This document shows positions 18,353-27,655 of a stretch of DNA of 64,000 nt, piece after piece. The notes beneath the pieces are model-generated. The model made no database searches, was not told where the DNA came from, and saw only the letters and a program-made list of their open reading frames with translations. Origin of the DNA: a virus (Duplodnaviria > Caudoviricetes); the IMG/VR virus record IMGVR_UViG_3300016471_000834, positions 23,766 to 87,765 of that record, one strand, 5' to 3'. A program made the translations under genes and the position numbers. Position 1 is the first letter of the stretch. Each line of letters opens with the position of its first letter.

Positions 18353-18873
18353 CTGGTCACCACCGGGATCTCTTGAATCAGAACAGGCTTCGTCCGGTCT
18401 AGCACCAGAGCCTCCATCTCCCCTCGCCGCAGGAAGAGCGCTAGGATCTCCGTCTTCGGCACCTCGTACTGGTGAACCACGCGGACGTCCCGACGCAACG
18501 CGAACTCGGCGGCCTTGATGGGCGAGATGGTGTAGGCGATCCAGTCATCCTCGCCGGGCCGATGAGCGCGGAAGAGCGTCACCACGTCAGGCAAAGCGCG
18601 AAGCACATCGAGCTCACTCGGCTTCATGAGGCTGGTTTCTCGGTTGCGCCGCTTGGAACTGAATAGCCGCTTCCAGAGCGCCAGGTCGGACCATCCGGTA
18701 TAGCTCACCCACAACGTGCCCAAGGTGAACCAGTATGCGTAGTCGGTCAGGTCGTTGGCGTCCCGTGCAAAGCGCTCAATAGCCCTTGGCGTCGCCTCGT
18801 GCTTCAGGATTCCCTTGATGATCCTGGCGTCCCGCATGTTCGGGCGGAAGTCTGGCGAGATGTCCTGGTTCAT
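18349..18873 (-). CDS. Hypothetical protein
   Basis: 174 aa, ATGA overlaps. Confidence 0.65.
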   Translation of the reverse strand: MNQDISPDFRPNMRDARIIKGILKHEATPRAIERFARDANDLTDYAYWFTLGTLWVSYTGWSDLALWKRLFSSKRRNRETSLMKPSELDVLRALPDVVTLFRAHRPGEDDWIAYTISPIKAAEFALRRDVRVVHQYEVPKTEILALFLRRGEMEALVLDRTKPVLIQEIPVVTR

Positions 18874-19319
18874 GCTCCATCATCCTCCCGTGTACCTTTC
18901 AGCCGGGCGTACTCGATGAAGTTGGTCTGACTGATGACCTCAAAGGGCATCTCCGTTACGTTCTGCGGCTTGCCCTGGAAGAGCACCGTGATCTCCCGAA
19001 AGTGCTTGAGCGCTACCTTCACTTCGGCGTAAACCCCGCGCCCTATAACGCCGTCATCCGGCACCAACACGAGGAACCATGTGGAGGCCCGAATCTGATC
19101 CTGCCCGCGATCCTGCCATTCTCCCCAGCTATACTGTGGCGCGAATACTTGGGCGCCGTCGTAGAGGCACAGTATGGTACCGCTCCACCTAGAGAGCATC
19201 GTCCGTCGACATCTATTCGGTAAGCTCACGTAAACGCGATACCCGCTCATCGTACCCTCGTCGTGCTGTGGGAGGCCAGCCATGCCACACCTGGTCACAC
19301 AGTCAATCATCGATACCAA
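18870..19319 (-). CDS. Hypothetical protein
   Basis: 149 aa, operon-like packing. Confidence 0.55.
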   Translation of the reverse strand: MVSMIDCVTRCGMAGLPQHDEGTMSGYRVYVSLPNRCRRTMLSRWSGTILCLYDGAQVFAPQYSWGEWQDRGQDQIRASTWFLVLVPDDGVIGRGVYAEVKVALKHFREITVLFQGKPQNVTEMPFEVISQTNFIEYARLKGTREDDGA

Positions 19320-19559
19320 CTATACATCGTGCTCCCATTCGTAGGCTTCAAGCGCACTCTGAGGCGACACTGGACAGTGGTTGATCGTCGCTTCAACCCG
19401 CCCAGTGTCTGTACAGTAAACCGACATTACGGTTACATCCTGGGTACCTGCATCGTGGAGCCCGATCACAAGGCTGGGAAATGGCTGCAACGGCAGGTCC
19501 ACGTCCCGCTCCCATGTCACATCGGCCTCAATGTCGTGCCAGCACAAACGCACCTTCAT
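19320..19559 (-). CDS. Hypothetical protein
   Basis: ATG at 19559 overlaps the upstream stop. Confidence 0.5.
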   Translation of the reverse strand: MKVRLCWHDIEADVTWERDVDLPLQPFPSLVIGLHDAGTQDVTVMSVYCTDTGRVEATINHCPVSPQSALEAYEWEHDV

Positions 19560-19735
19560 CCCAACCTCACTGTATGAGGCGCAGCAGCCCCGCGCACGCA
19601 CGGAACACCCTGACGGAACGAGCTGTAGCGCACTCCAGCATCACAGGTGTTGTGGTCGATGCCGTTGAAGTGAGTGCAGCGATTCATTGCCCGATCAAGA
19701 TCGATGGCCTGCTTGCGCTCCTTGAAGGTGCTCAT
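19556..19735 (-). CDS. Small hypothetical protein (C.HFNGI...C.AGV.Y)
   Basis: 59 aa, not in track; ATGA overlaps at both ends. Confidence 0.5.
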   Translation of the reverse strand: MSTFKERKQAIDLDRAMNRCTHFNGIDHNTCDAGVRYSSFRQGVPCVRGAAAPHTVRLG

Positions 19736-19977
19736 GAGGTTCCCTTCCGCTTCACTCCCGTCCAGGGGAAGCCCTGCTGTATTGTTTCGATCTCCGGGTC
19801 ATGGCAGAGTTGCTCGAAGAGCTCGGCCACATGCTGGCTTGAGGTGGCCTCGAACACTGAGAACTGACATGCCTCGAGCACCAGCTCCTTCAGCCGGTCA
19901 TAGGTCAGTTCGTCCGTGAGTTCCTCCTCGGGGAGCGCCGTGGTGTTGCAGACATAGATGGCCGTTTGTCTTGTCAC
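19732..19977 (-). CDS. Hypothetical protein
   Basis: 81 aa, coupled overlaps. Confidence 0.55.
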   Translation of the reverse strand: MTRQTAIYVCNTTALPEEELTDELTYDRLKELVLEACQFSVFEATSSQHVAELFEQLCHDPEIETIQQGFPWTGVKRKGTS

Positions 19978-20417
19978 CGGGAACCCTCTTCAGACGTGTG
20001 GCCCAGGGCCGCGGCAGCTCGCTGCACAGCCATTCGGCGGCGAGCCTCCATGCAGCCGTCTCCCCCGGGTTCAAACGCCCGGCAGATGAGGGGCCGCTGG
20101 GCATAGATAGCGCACCGATTCCCGCGCAGCGCGATACAGCACTGGCGGTGATGGGACCACTTCATTCGCTGCCGTTCAGCGAGCTGGTCGAACACCGTCA
20201 AGTCTCGAGGCGTTGGGTCATCATCGTAGACCTGGACAAAGGTGAAGGCCCGGCAACAGTCTGCTGCACAGTCTCGACATAGATCAGTCGACGGATGTTC
20301 CTCATAGGCCTGATGGACAGCCTCGAGACATTCCGGATGCACATTCCCGTCTCGAGATGGGACGGATGTCGTCATCGTTTTCCAGCAATGCGCACACATA
20401 GGGCTTGAGTCGATCAC
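19974..20417 (-). CDS. YkgJ-family cysteine-cluster (CxxCxxxCC) protein
   Basis: 'CRDCAADCC...CIAL.GNRCAIYAQRPLICRAF' signature. Confidence 0.8.
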   Translation of the reverse strand: MIDSSPMCAHCWKTMTTSVPSRDGNVHPECLEAVHQAYEEHPSTDLCRDCAADCCRAFTFVQVYDDDPTPRDLTVFDQLAERQRMKWSHHRQCCIALRGNRCAIYAQRPLICRAFEPGGDGCMEARRRMAVQRAAAALGHTSEEGSR

Positions 20418-20734
20418 GCTACGCTCCCTCCCTGGGGACCGCCAAAGAGCAGTTCCTGCCGCGGGTCCACAGGCTCAGGCTGTTGGGCTTTGACAGCTCC
20501 CGTGGCTTGAGCCACGGGTATTGGCGCGAAAACTCGCCGATACCGATAGCTGTTCGCCCGGTCCCGCACGCCCATGAATTCGATCAGCGCCATGCCCAGG
20601 TCGGACTTGGCGCACACCAGATGCATGCGTCGGCGAGGTCCACCTTCGTAGTAAACGACTCCAACACGGATCTGCGTCTTGCACTGCATGCAACGCATGA
20701 GATGCATGCTAATTGCGAGCTGTTCGGTTCTCAT
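20414..20734 (-). CDS. Hypothetical protein (CxxC)
   Basis: 3' part of track ORF 20414..20917; ATG at 20734 overlaps the upstream stop. Confidence 0.5.
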   Translation of the reverse strand: MRTEQLAISMHLMRCMQCKTQIRVGVVYYEGGPRRRMHLVCAKSDLGMALIEFMGVRDRANSYRYRRVFAPIPVAQATGAVKAQQPEPVDPRQELLFGGPQGGSVA

Positions 20735-20982
20735 GACCCACCTTTCTCGGGCCAGCCTTTCCCGCCCGGTCCAAGGTCCAGGAAAACGAGGCCCACCCCG
20801 TTGGCGTCGTCGGGCTGCTCGAAGATGGAGACGGCCTCGACTTTGGCCCAGCGCCACTTGCCGTGGCCCCCTGCTCGATGCTCCACGCACTCGCCTTTTG
20901 CCTGTGCTTCCTGACACTCTTTCAGGCCGACGAGTCCTTTCTCGCCAAAGAATCTGAGCTGTAGTCTGCGTTTCATCCCCAT
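20731..20982 (-). CDS. Hypothetical protein
   Basis: 83 aa with RBS. Confidence 0.5.
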   Translation of the reverse strand: MGMKRRLQLRFFGEKGLVGLKECQEAQAKGECVEHRAGGHGKWRWAKVEAVSIFEQPDDANGVGLVFLDLGPGGKGWPEKGGS

Positions 20983-21032
20983 CTCCCTGCTACCCTCTGA
21001 ATAGCAATGCTACTTCAGAGATAGCGCCAGAA

Positions 21033-22730
21033 CTACTTCCCCCAGAGGTCCAACAGAGGTTGGGATGTCCCATCGCGGAACACATCTGCCACCAGCTCAT
21101 CCGCTCGAGGCTCGGTTCCTGCCCACTTATCGGGCCAGGTCTCAGCGGCGATGAGTTCCCGCACTCTCAATTCCTCCTCGGCATTCAGGATGTCGATACG
21201 AGGCCGCCCCAGCCGTTCCGCTGCGGTATTCACCTCGAGCTGAATGGCGAGCACCTGCTCGAGCGCCTCGAGCCTTGATGTGAGGACGATGGGTCCCATG
21301 CGATTTGGATTGGTGACCGGCTTGCCGTCCTTCCTGAATTCGAGTTCTGCCTTGCGGAGCCGGTTGCGTGGGAGTCGCAGCCAGACGTAGATCTCCCGGA
21401 GCCTGCGGAGCGGAGCCAGGTATGCCCACTGCTCGAGCTTGATCAGGTTCTCCAGGGCCACATCCTCCTGGACCAGAGGGCAGCCAATGCAGCCTGTACG
21501 CGCCGCCAGGTCGGCAGCCTCGTTCCCGTCCCGCCCCCCGTAGGCCTCAGCGACGAGACGGGTTGACCACCCACCGTATGGCTCGAGCGGGGCCCAGCCC
21601 CATAGCCATTCCCAGACGTGGCAGATCCGCCAGTGGTCCAGGGGTGCCAGGGTGTCGGCCACAGAGCCTGGAAGGTCCCGCTGAAACCACCCCTGCCCGC
21701 ATTCTGCACGGTCAGTCGTACAGGAGGCGTAGATCCGCTGATCGCGCACAGCGCTCTCACCTCTGCGCACGCCCGTGAGCACCAGGAGCTTGCGAGGGGA
21801 CTGGATGAGCTGCTGCTCTCGCTGTCGGAGCTCAATCTCGAGCTGAGGAACGGCGCCTCGAGCTGCTTCCTGTTGCGCTTCAAAGACATTCCGCCGATCG
21901 GCCTCGAGCTGGTTGTGCTCAACGGGGTCCATTCCCTCCTTTGGAGCTCGAGGCTTGAACTTCCGATTCATGAGCCGGCGCATGGAGCGTAGTCGACTAT
22001 CCAGGCCAGACCAGATCTCATCGTTGTCCATGACGTCATGGTCAAAACCCCGGTAGATTGTCCCCGTCGCCTCATCCTCGAGGATGAACTCGGCGCCAGC
22101 CTCCTCACCCACATCTGCCGTCAGCTTGGTGGGGCTCGAGCTCTTGCCCTTGCGGGGCACCATTCGCCCCAGGCCAGCGGCGCAGGCGACTTCCATGAGC
22201 GCTCGGCTCATGGGCTCGATCTTGATCTTCGGCGTACACCACCGCATGGTGGCGTTGTTGGAAGGGGGAACGCCCCGGCCCAGCATGTACACGAGGTAGC
22301 GGAGATCAAGCGGCGCACAGACCACCCGGTAGGAGAGCTCGCAGCTGAGTCCGTCTTCAGCCCATGCCTGTGCCAAGCATTCGATCTCCTCTCCCAGGGC
22401 CATCGCGTTCAGCGCGAGCGGCGTCAACTCCATGCGCGTGTCCGCGTAGCAGACCGTGATGGAGCGGGGGACCCGGATGGAACGGAGAATGGTCAGCACC
22501 TCCCCCTGGATTCCATCCACCTTATCCCCGGCCTGGACCTTCATCGCTGTCCAGATGGCCCAGAGGACGAAGGTAACAGCTGCGGTGCTATCCTTCCCTC
22601 CGCTGTACGCAATAGCCCAATGTGGATACCTCGATCCGTAGGTCTCCAGGTTGCGCAGGGTGAGCACGATCGAGTCGTGCATGTTCAGCCGGGGACCACT
22701 GTCAACAAGTCCGCCCTGTCGAGACATCAC
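21033..22730 (-). CDS. PAPS-reductase-fold PP-loop enzyme, DndC-like
   Basis: 'AYSGGKDS', 'YADTRME', 'RGVPP...RWCT.KIKIEPM', 'LTGVRRGES..RD', 'LAPL.HW....VW.WL', 'RTGCIGC' and C-terminal 'GP.....R...L..VL..Q' follow the DndC-type pattern. Confidence 0.8.
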   Translation of the reverse strand: MMSRQGGLVDSGPRLNMHDSIVLTLRNLETYGSRYPHWAIAYSGGKDSTAAVTFVLWAIWTAMKVQAGDKVDGIQGEVLTILRSIRVPRSITVCYADTRMELTPLALNAMALGEEIECLAQAWAEDGLSCELSYRVVCAPLDLRYLVYMLGRGVPPSNNATMRWCTPKIKIEPMSRALMEVACAAGLGRMVPRKGKSSSPTKLTADVGEEAGAEFILEDEATGTIYRGFDHDVMDNDEIWSGLDSRLRSMRRLMNRKFKPRAPKEGMDPVEHNQLEADRRNVFEAQQEAARGAVPQLEIELRQREQQLIQSPRKLLVLTGVRRGESAVRDQRIYASCTTDRAECGQGWFQRDLPGSVADTLAPLDHWRICHVWEWLWGWAPLEPYGGWSTRLVAEAYGGRDGNEAADLAARTGCIGCPLVQEDVALENLIKLEQWAYLAPLRRLREIYVWLRLPRNRLRKAELEFRKDGKPVTNPNRMGPIVLTSRLEALEQVLAIQLEVNTAAERLGRPRIDILNAEEELRVRELIAAETWPDKWAGTEPRADELVADVFRDGTSQPLLDLWGK

Positions 22731-23137
22731 GCCTCCTCATCATCATGCTGCTCCCGCACATGGGCCGGGGGTGGAGAAGAAGCCACCAGATTGATCCCGA
22801 AGCCATCGTGACCCGTGCCGTCCCTCATTCCCCTGGCTAGTCGCTCGAGCCATTCCGCCATCTTGTCGATGGCCGCGCCGGGGAAATCGAGCCATGGCGT
22901 CTCGATGAGCATGGTGGCTTTGCACATCGGCTCACGCACGCGGCCAGGCACCTGAACATCAAGAGTCAGATCGTTGTAGACGTAGGTTGTGAAGCCTTCC
23001 CGGTCCCCTGTATGCCTCACGATGTAAGTTGCCCGGAGCTGTGTCGGAGTATCGCCTTTGGCGATCTTCTCCGAAGGCTGCTCGAGACGACAGTCGCCGA
23101 CCGGTACCGGAATGACGGACTTCAGGCAGATTGACAT
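22727..23137 (-). CDS. Hypothetical protein
   Basis: 3' part of track ORF 22727..23173. Confidence 0.5.
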   Translation of the reverse strand: MSICLKSVIPVPVGDCRLEQPSEKIAKGDTPTQLRATYIVRHTGDREGFTTYVYNDLTLDVQVPGRVREPMCKATMLIETPWLDFPGAAIDKMAEWLERLARGMRDGTGHDGFGINLVASSPPPAHVREQHDDEEA

Positions 23138-23490
23138 CGTTCCCCCGCACTTGTGAGCTGACGCACAACCCATTTCCCACGGGTCCCAAACATCGGCTGT
23201 ACTGTGTCCCGCTCGTACAGTACCTCGTAGAAGCGGATCTCATCGCCGTGGATGCCGCTCGTGAGCTCATAGTCCGGAAGGCGGTGCTTGCTCCAATCCC
23301 AGGTCATAGATAGGAAGAGGGTCACCATGCAGCCGATCTCGGAGCCAGACCATCGGTCCTTTGCCGTCGCAAGGAGTTTCTCCAGGTCGAGCATCACGTT
23401 CTCTGGGTTCCCGTCGTGGCCGCGGTAAACGTGAAAGACAGTCCCAAACTCGTCACGGAATTGAATGTTCGCACGCGTTCCCATAAACAT
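23122..23490 (-). CDS. Hypothetical phage protein (MGTRANI...Y...DG.P)
   Basis: GAGG RBS before ATG at 23490; N-terminal motif typical of phage early proteins. Confidence 0.6.
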   Translation of the reverse strand: MFMGTRANIQFRDEFGTVFHVYRGHDGNPENVMLDLEKLLATAKDRWSGSEIGCMVTLFLSMTWDWSKHRLPDYELTSGIHGDEIRFYEVLYERDTVQPMFGTRGKWVVRQLTSAGERCQSA

Positions 23491-23607
23491 TTCCTCAATT
23501 TTATCAGACCGCCGCTCATGTTGCGGACGAACCGGCACAAGGGTCTTGATCTGCTCAACGACGCTCTGAAGGTGCACCGCTGAGACGTAGAAATTCTTCC
23601 ATGTTGC

Positions 23608-24174
23608 CTACTGGCACAATGACACCTTCTTCCCGGCGTCAGGAAAATGGTCGGGGCCAGGCTCAGGCTGAGCGCTGTCGCACTCCGAGCAGAAGCACAT
23701 GCGCCCCGAAGAGGACGCCGGACGCTGGTACGGCTGGAATTCGGGGCGATCCATGCGGGGGTCCGGCCCCTGGCCACGGACATGGGCAGCCATTGCCCGG
23801 TACCAGCGGGACTTCAAATGGTCGGGCTCAGCAGCCCCCTTCAGGCCGGCGCGGTCCTCGTACTTGATGGCGTTGCCCAGGCAAAAGGCAACGAAGCCCT
23901 CGTCGCCCAGCTCATCGCGGATGCGGTCGATAGTCTCCCGGCCTGTCGCCATGTAACGGACAGGAGCAGATTGAAATCCGACCGGATCGTCTTCGGCAGT
24001 CGCTGTTTCCTCCCGTTCCTCCAGTTTGTCCCAGTACCTCTCAAGCCCGTCGCGGCCCCCATTCGAAAACGCGTCAACCTCCTCTTCAGAGAGGCTGATA
24101 CACCATTCGCAGGACGGCGAGTTGAAGCAGGTGCAGTATCCCTGTCGTTTCTCTTCTTGAGTCAGATCGCTCAC
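23608..24174 (-). CDS. DUF3310-domain protein (T7 gp1.7-like)
   Basis: 'ETIDRIRD.LGDEGFVAFCLGNAIKY..RAG.KG....D..KS.WY' motif. Confidence 0.75.
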   Translation of the reverse strand: MSDLTQEEKRQGYCTCFNSPSCEWCISLSEEEVDAFSNGGRDGLERYWDKLEEREETATAEDDPVGFQSAPVRYMATGRETIDRIRDELGDEGFVAFCLGNAIKYEDRAGLKGAAEPDHLKSRWYRAMAAHVRGQGPDPRMDRPEFQPYQRPASSSGRMCFCSECDSAQPEPGPDHFPDAGKKVSLCQ

Positions 24175-24707
24175 AGGCTCCCCTCCTCAATCATCTGCAC
24201 GGTCATAGCAAGAATACTCTCAAGACTCCGCTGCTCAATGGCCCCCAATACTCCGGGCCGTTTTTTGTAGCCAGACGACCAGAGCATGATCGCCCCCGCA
24301 GGGTGGCCACGCCATGGCGCTCGAAGCCGATAGGTCATTGAATAGGACGGAATGCCGGTGAGCTCGCACAGTTTCCCCATATCCTCGGCATAACGCTCAA
24401 ACTTCATCGGAATGTCTTGGATCGCCGTGTAGTCCACTTGGTGGACAGTGGCCATCCGCGTCACTGCCTTCGTCTGGTGATCGACGAAGACTCCGCTCAC
24501 ACGCCATCCGTAAACTCCCTCAATGCGCTCCATCAATTCATCATGTCGGAACAGCCTGGCGTCCTCAATGTGAGGATTGGTCGCCTGAGTGTCTCGGATG
24601 ATCACGGGCCGGTCATTGACGATCCATGCCTGGAAGCCGTCTCCCAGGTCAGTCCACTCGAGCTTCATTGGTCTCTCCCTGTGCACTAGAGGTTTCTGGG
24701 TATTCAC
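24171..24707 (-). CDS. Hypothetical protein
   Basis: 178 aa, overlap-coupled. Confidence 0.55.
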   Translation of the reverse strand: MNTQKPLVHRERPMKLEWTDLGDGFQAWIVNDRPVIIRDTQATNPHIEDARLFRHDELMERIEGVYGWRVSGVFVDHQTKAVTRMATVHQVDYTAIQDIPMKFERYAEDMGKLCELTGIPSYSMTYRLRAPWRGHPAGAIMLWSSGYKKRPGVLGAIEQRSLESILAMTVQMIEEGSL

Positions 24708-24918
24708 GCTTCACAAAGTCCTCATAAGTATCGGCCTTCATCGTGACGGCTTCCTCATCGATATCCAGATGAAGAAACGCCTTGCAGTGCAGACAACTCC
24801 CTCCACCGTGGTTCATGCCCATCTGCATGAGGATAGACGGGGCAGCGTCCAGTGACACCTTGCACACCGGGCAGGTGAAGGGATAGCGATCCTTCAGTTC
24901 TTTGGTGAGTGGCGTCAT
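24649..24918 (-). CDS. Zinc-ribbon hypothetical protein
   Basis: CPVC...CLHC; ATG at 24918. Confidence 0.55.
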   Translation of the reverse strand: MTPLTKELKDRYPFTCPVCKVSLDAAPSILMQMGMNHGGGSCLHCKAFLHLDIDEEAVTMKADTYEDFVKREYPETSSAQGETNEARVD

Positions 24919-25154
24919 TGAGCAGTCTCCTGCTGAACTGGTGCCACGGCAGGCGGCGGGACGATACAGTCCGCCCATCCAGCGCAAGTGAACGTGGCGA
25001 TGACTCCACCAAAAGGCTTCGCCCGAACGGTGTACGGGAACTTCCCGCGACGGCCGGTGAGCTTGATCGACTCGATCTCGCGCGGCTCAGGCATTCCCTT
25101 GACCTGGATGCACATTCCCGGAACAAAGTTGGTGCATGCGTCTTGAACATTCAT
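24915..25154 (-). CDS. Hypothetical protein
   Basis: 79 aa, ATGA overlaps. Confidence 0.5.
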   Translation of the reverse strand: MNVQDACTNFVPGMCIQVKGMPEPREIESIKLTGRRGKFPYTVRAKPFGGVIATFTCAGWADCIVPPPAVAPVQQETAQ

Positions 25155-25750
25155 TCGGCGGCTCCTTCTTCAGTGCGAGCCCGGTAGACGATGGGCGTCG
25201 CGGCGTTTGGCTCATAGAGAGGATGCTTGGGCGTCCCGCCCTGGTTGACCTTCGTACAGTGGACGATTTCGACCACGCTGAGGAGCAGCGCCTCGACCTC
25301 GCGGGCCCGTCCGGCGAACTGTGGATGCGCCGCGTGCGTCCCCCACCCACAGATGACCATGCCGGCGACTCGGGCAGCCGAGAGGATGGCCTGGTCGTTG
25401 GCCTGTCCTTTCGGCTGCCCCACCTCGTACAGCTCCTTGGGGTCCGTGCTCCGCCACGCGAAGGCGTTCACGACGATAATCCCGCCGTGCCCCCAGGCTC
25501 GAGCCCATCGCGTGACCTTCTCCACGGTCGGATCAGTGTCCACCTCCGTTGCCGTGCTGGGGTTCAGCATGCATGCCACTAGGGGCGGTAGCTTCGGGTT
25601 CCAGCATCGCCATAGGAGGTAGCGATAGACCTTAAGATCGTCGAACACAGCGCCGGAGAGGATCCCCAACTTCAGGTCAATACACGTCTCTCGTCGGACA
25701 AATGCAGGGGCAATAAACTCAGGGAAGTGAAACCAACTTCCAACATTCAT
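25151..25750 (-). CDS. DUF1643-family protein
   Basis: 'YRYLLWRCW...MLNPSTA....DPT.......W..GG..VVN.FA.RST.PK.L...N...I......ICGWG...PKHPLY' signature. Confidence 0.9.
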   Translation of the reverse strand: MNVGSWFHFPEFIAPAFVRRETCIDLKLGILSGAVFDDLKVYRYLLWRCWNPKLPPLVACMLNPSTATEVDTDPTVEKVTRWARAWGHGGIIVVNAFAWRSTDPKELYEVGQPKGQANDQAILSAARVAGMVICGWGTHAAHPQFAGRAREVEALLLSVVEIVHCTKVNQGGTPKHPLYEPNAATPIVYRARTEEGAAE

Positions 25751-26634
25751 GCTCCGCTCCTATAATTTCGAACAATGACGCACTCCTCCGCGTCTCTACC
25801 GGTGCCGTCGTTATTGATCGACCTGGCTTCCTTGGAGCTGATGATCTCGAACTCCGAGAATCTCGCCCGAGTGGCCTTCGTATCGCTGTTGGTGAGCAGG
25901 AAGAGAACGCCCCGGTCATGCAGAATCTCGCATGTTCTGGCCAGCCTGTCCTGATCCTTGGGCCCGAAGCCGCCGCCCAGGTAGCCCGTGAAGGTCCCAT
26001 CATAGGGGGAGTCGATGAAGACCAGATCCCCGCGCTGTGCCTCGAGCGCCGCGTCTGCAAAGTCCCTGCAGGTGAGCTGTGCCCCTGCAAGAGCTTGTGC
26101 TGTTGCCCTCAGCTCGTCGGCACGCAAGGTGAACTGCGCCGGGTTGTGGCAGTAGCCGACGTTGTAGCCACCGTTTCGCCGCTCTCTGAAGAGACCGTTG
26201 AAGCAGAGGCGGATGATGAACAAGAGCAACGCCGCCTGGCGGGCAAGGGGCAGCTGCTCACGCATGGGGAACAGCAGGTGGCTGCCAGCAGGTTCAGGCC
26301 GATGGGCATTGAACTCCTTGACGGCCCGAAGATAGCCAGCCTCGGAAGTGTCCAGGGCCAGGTGCTCGAGTTCTCGGACGACAGCCTCCACATCAGCCTG
26401 GAGCCCGCGGTACAGGTTCATCAGGCGCTGGTTCAGGTCGTTCAGGCTCGAGCCTCCCGTGAGCCGGCCAGCAGACCACAGGTGGAAGAACAGCGCTCCG
26501 CCCCCCAAGCACGGCTCATAGTACCGGCCCCACGACTGCGGGAGCAGGGGCTCGAGCACAGGGAGCAGCTTCCGCTTTCCGCCTGCCCATTTCACGCATG
26601 GTGCTGCCTGCACGACCACAGGACCTCCGCTCAA
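25747..26634 (-). CDS. dam: Dam-family (D12 class) N6-adenine DNA methyltransferase
   Basis: 'KWAGGKRKL', 'YYEPCLGGGALFF', 'NDLN..L', 'FNGLFR', 'DLVFIDSPYD' (DPPY variant). Target sequence is not determinable. Confidence 0.88.
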   Translation of the reverse strand: MSGGPVVVQAAPCVKWAGGKRKLLPVLEPLLPQSWGRYYEPCLGGGALFFHLWSAGRLTGGSSLNDLNQRLMNLYRGLQADVEAVVRELEHLALDTSEAGYLRAVKEFNAHRPEPAGSHLLFPMREQLPLARQAALLLFIIRLCFNGLFRERRNGGYNVGYCHNPAQFTLRADELRATAQALAGAQLTCRDFADAALEAQRGDLVFIDSPYDGTFTGYLGGGFGPKDQDRLARTCEILHDRGVLFLLTNSDTKATRARFSEFEIISSKEARSINNDGTGRDAEECVIVRNYRSGA

Positions 26635-26879
26635 GCGTCGAACATCTCAGGCGTGAGGTGCTCACCGTAGTGCTGAAGCCATCCGAGCGCATTCTGATGC
26701 TGCACGGCGAGCTGAGCCACTCGAGCCTCGAGCTCCGGAGTCGCCTCCTCCCCCATCTGAGCCTTGGCTGCCTCGAGCTTCTCCTCGAGCTGCTGGGCAT
26801 GGATCGCAAACTGCTTGACCCCTTCACGAGGGTCCTTCCGACAACCGCAAATCATGACTACCTCCAGAAACGAGTTCAA
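26631..26879 (-). CDS. Hypothetical coiled-coil protein
   Basis: First gene behind the 26885-26913 promoter. Confidence 0.55.
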   Translation of the reverse strand: MNSFLEVVMICGCRKDPREGVKQFAIHAQQLEEKLEAAKAQMGEEATPELEARVAQLAVQHQNALGWLQHYGEHLTPEMFDA

Positions 26880-26884
26880 GAGTC

Positions 26885-26913
26885 AGGATAGCACTCTATT
26901 ATCATACTATCAA
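26885..26913 (-). promoter_or_regulatory. sigma70-like promoter
   Basis: TTGATA-N17-TATCCT in an AT-rich gap. Confidence 0.55.
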
Positions 26914-26993
26914 GCGTTTCTCATGTTTTGAGTCGAAAATTCGTATCTACCATCAGATAGGCGGTGTATCCGAGCCATGAGGCGAGCCTTTGA

Positions 26994-27110
26994 CTATGCA
27001 ATCTCTTCTGGGGTCGGCTCGGGATGGGTGGTTTGAATGTCCAGGGACTCCTGCTCGCGGATGTCGCGGGCGAGGACCTGCAGAAGCAGCTCGAGCTCGT
27101 CGAACGTCAT
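26994..27110 (-). CDS. Very small hypothetical protein (38 aa)
   Basis: AGGAG RBS before ATG at 27110. Confidence 0.35.
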   Translation of the reverse strand: MTFDELELLLQVLARDIREQESLDIQTTHPEPTPEEIA

Positions 27111-27223
27111 GGTAGCTCCTCGGGTGAAGGTTCTACCTGGTACAACGAGCGAGGGGACCAGAATTGCCGTGAGGGGAGGGGAATTGATACCGCTGGTATC
27201 AAAAAGCGGCAGACCTGGGTGCG

Positions 27224-27655
27224 TCAGGCGTTTCGGCGTCCGGCCTTGAGCACCCATTCGGGGGCGGTGTCGAGCTGCACAGCGGGCTTTCCCTCATAGG
27301 CTCGAGTTTCGCTCTCGGCCTGGACCTGGAGATCCACCGGGACGCTCATGCGCTGCGTCATGATCCGGCTCTGCTTGAGCCCGTCGTAGGCCCGTCGCCA
27401 TTCCCATGGCTGGTAGTCGAAGCGGGCCTCAATAGGCTTCTCGTCCAGAGGGTGCCCGCCGTAGAGTCGGCGAAAGTCATCATTGGGGAGAATGATGCGG
27501 ACGTCGTAGTCTCGAGGTTCCTCGTCCTCGAGCGCTCCGCCCACCAGAAAGACGTGAGCACCGTACCGAGCGGCCAAGCTGTTTGCATTGCGCCGGAAGC
27601 GTAGCCGGAAGGTATCGTAGGGCGGTTCGGGCCGGGTCGGCTGTTCGTCGTTCAT
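27224..27655 (-). CDS. Minimal nucleotidyltransferase-fold (Pol-beta superfamily) protein
   Basis: 'VFLVGGAL....PRDYDVRIIL' fits hG[GS]x(7-9)DhD; start overlaps upstream stop. Confidence 0.6.
   Translation of the reverse strand: MNDEQPTRPEPPYDTFRLRFRRNANSLAARYGAHVFLVGGALEDEEPRDYDVRIILPNDDFRRLYGGHPLDEKPIEARFDYQPWEWRRAYDGLKQSRIMTQRMSVPVDLQVQAESETRAYEGKPAVQLDTAPEWVLKAGRRNA

Noticed and set aside
21033-22730. Complete dnd/ssp phosphorothioation system, or a sulfate-assimilation AMG (cysH)
   Set aside because: No DndA/B/D/E, Ssp or other cys genes were recognised; kept only as an orphan DndC-like enzyme.
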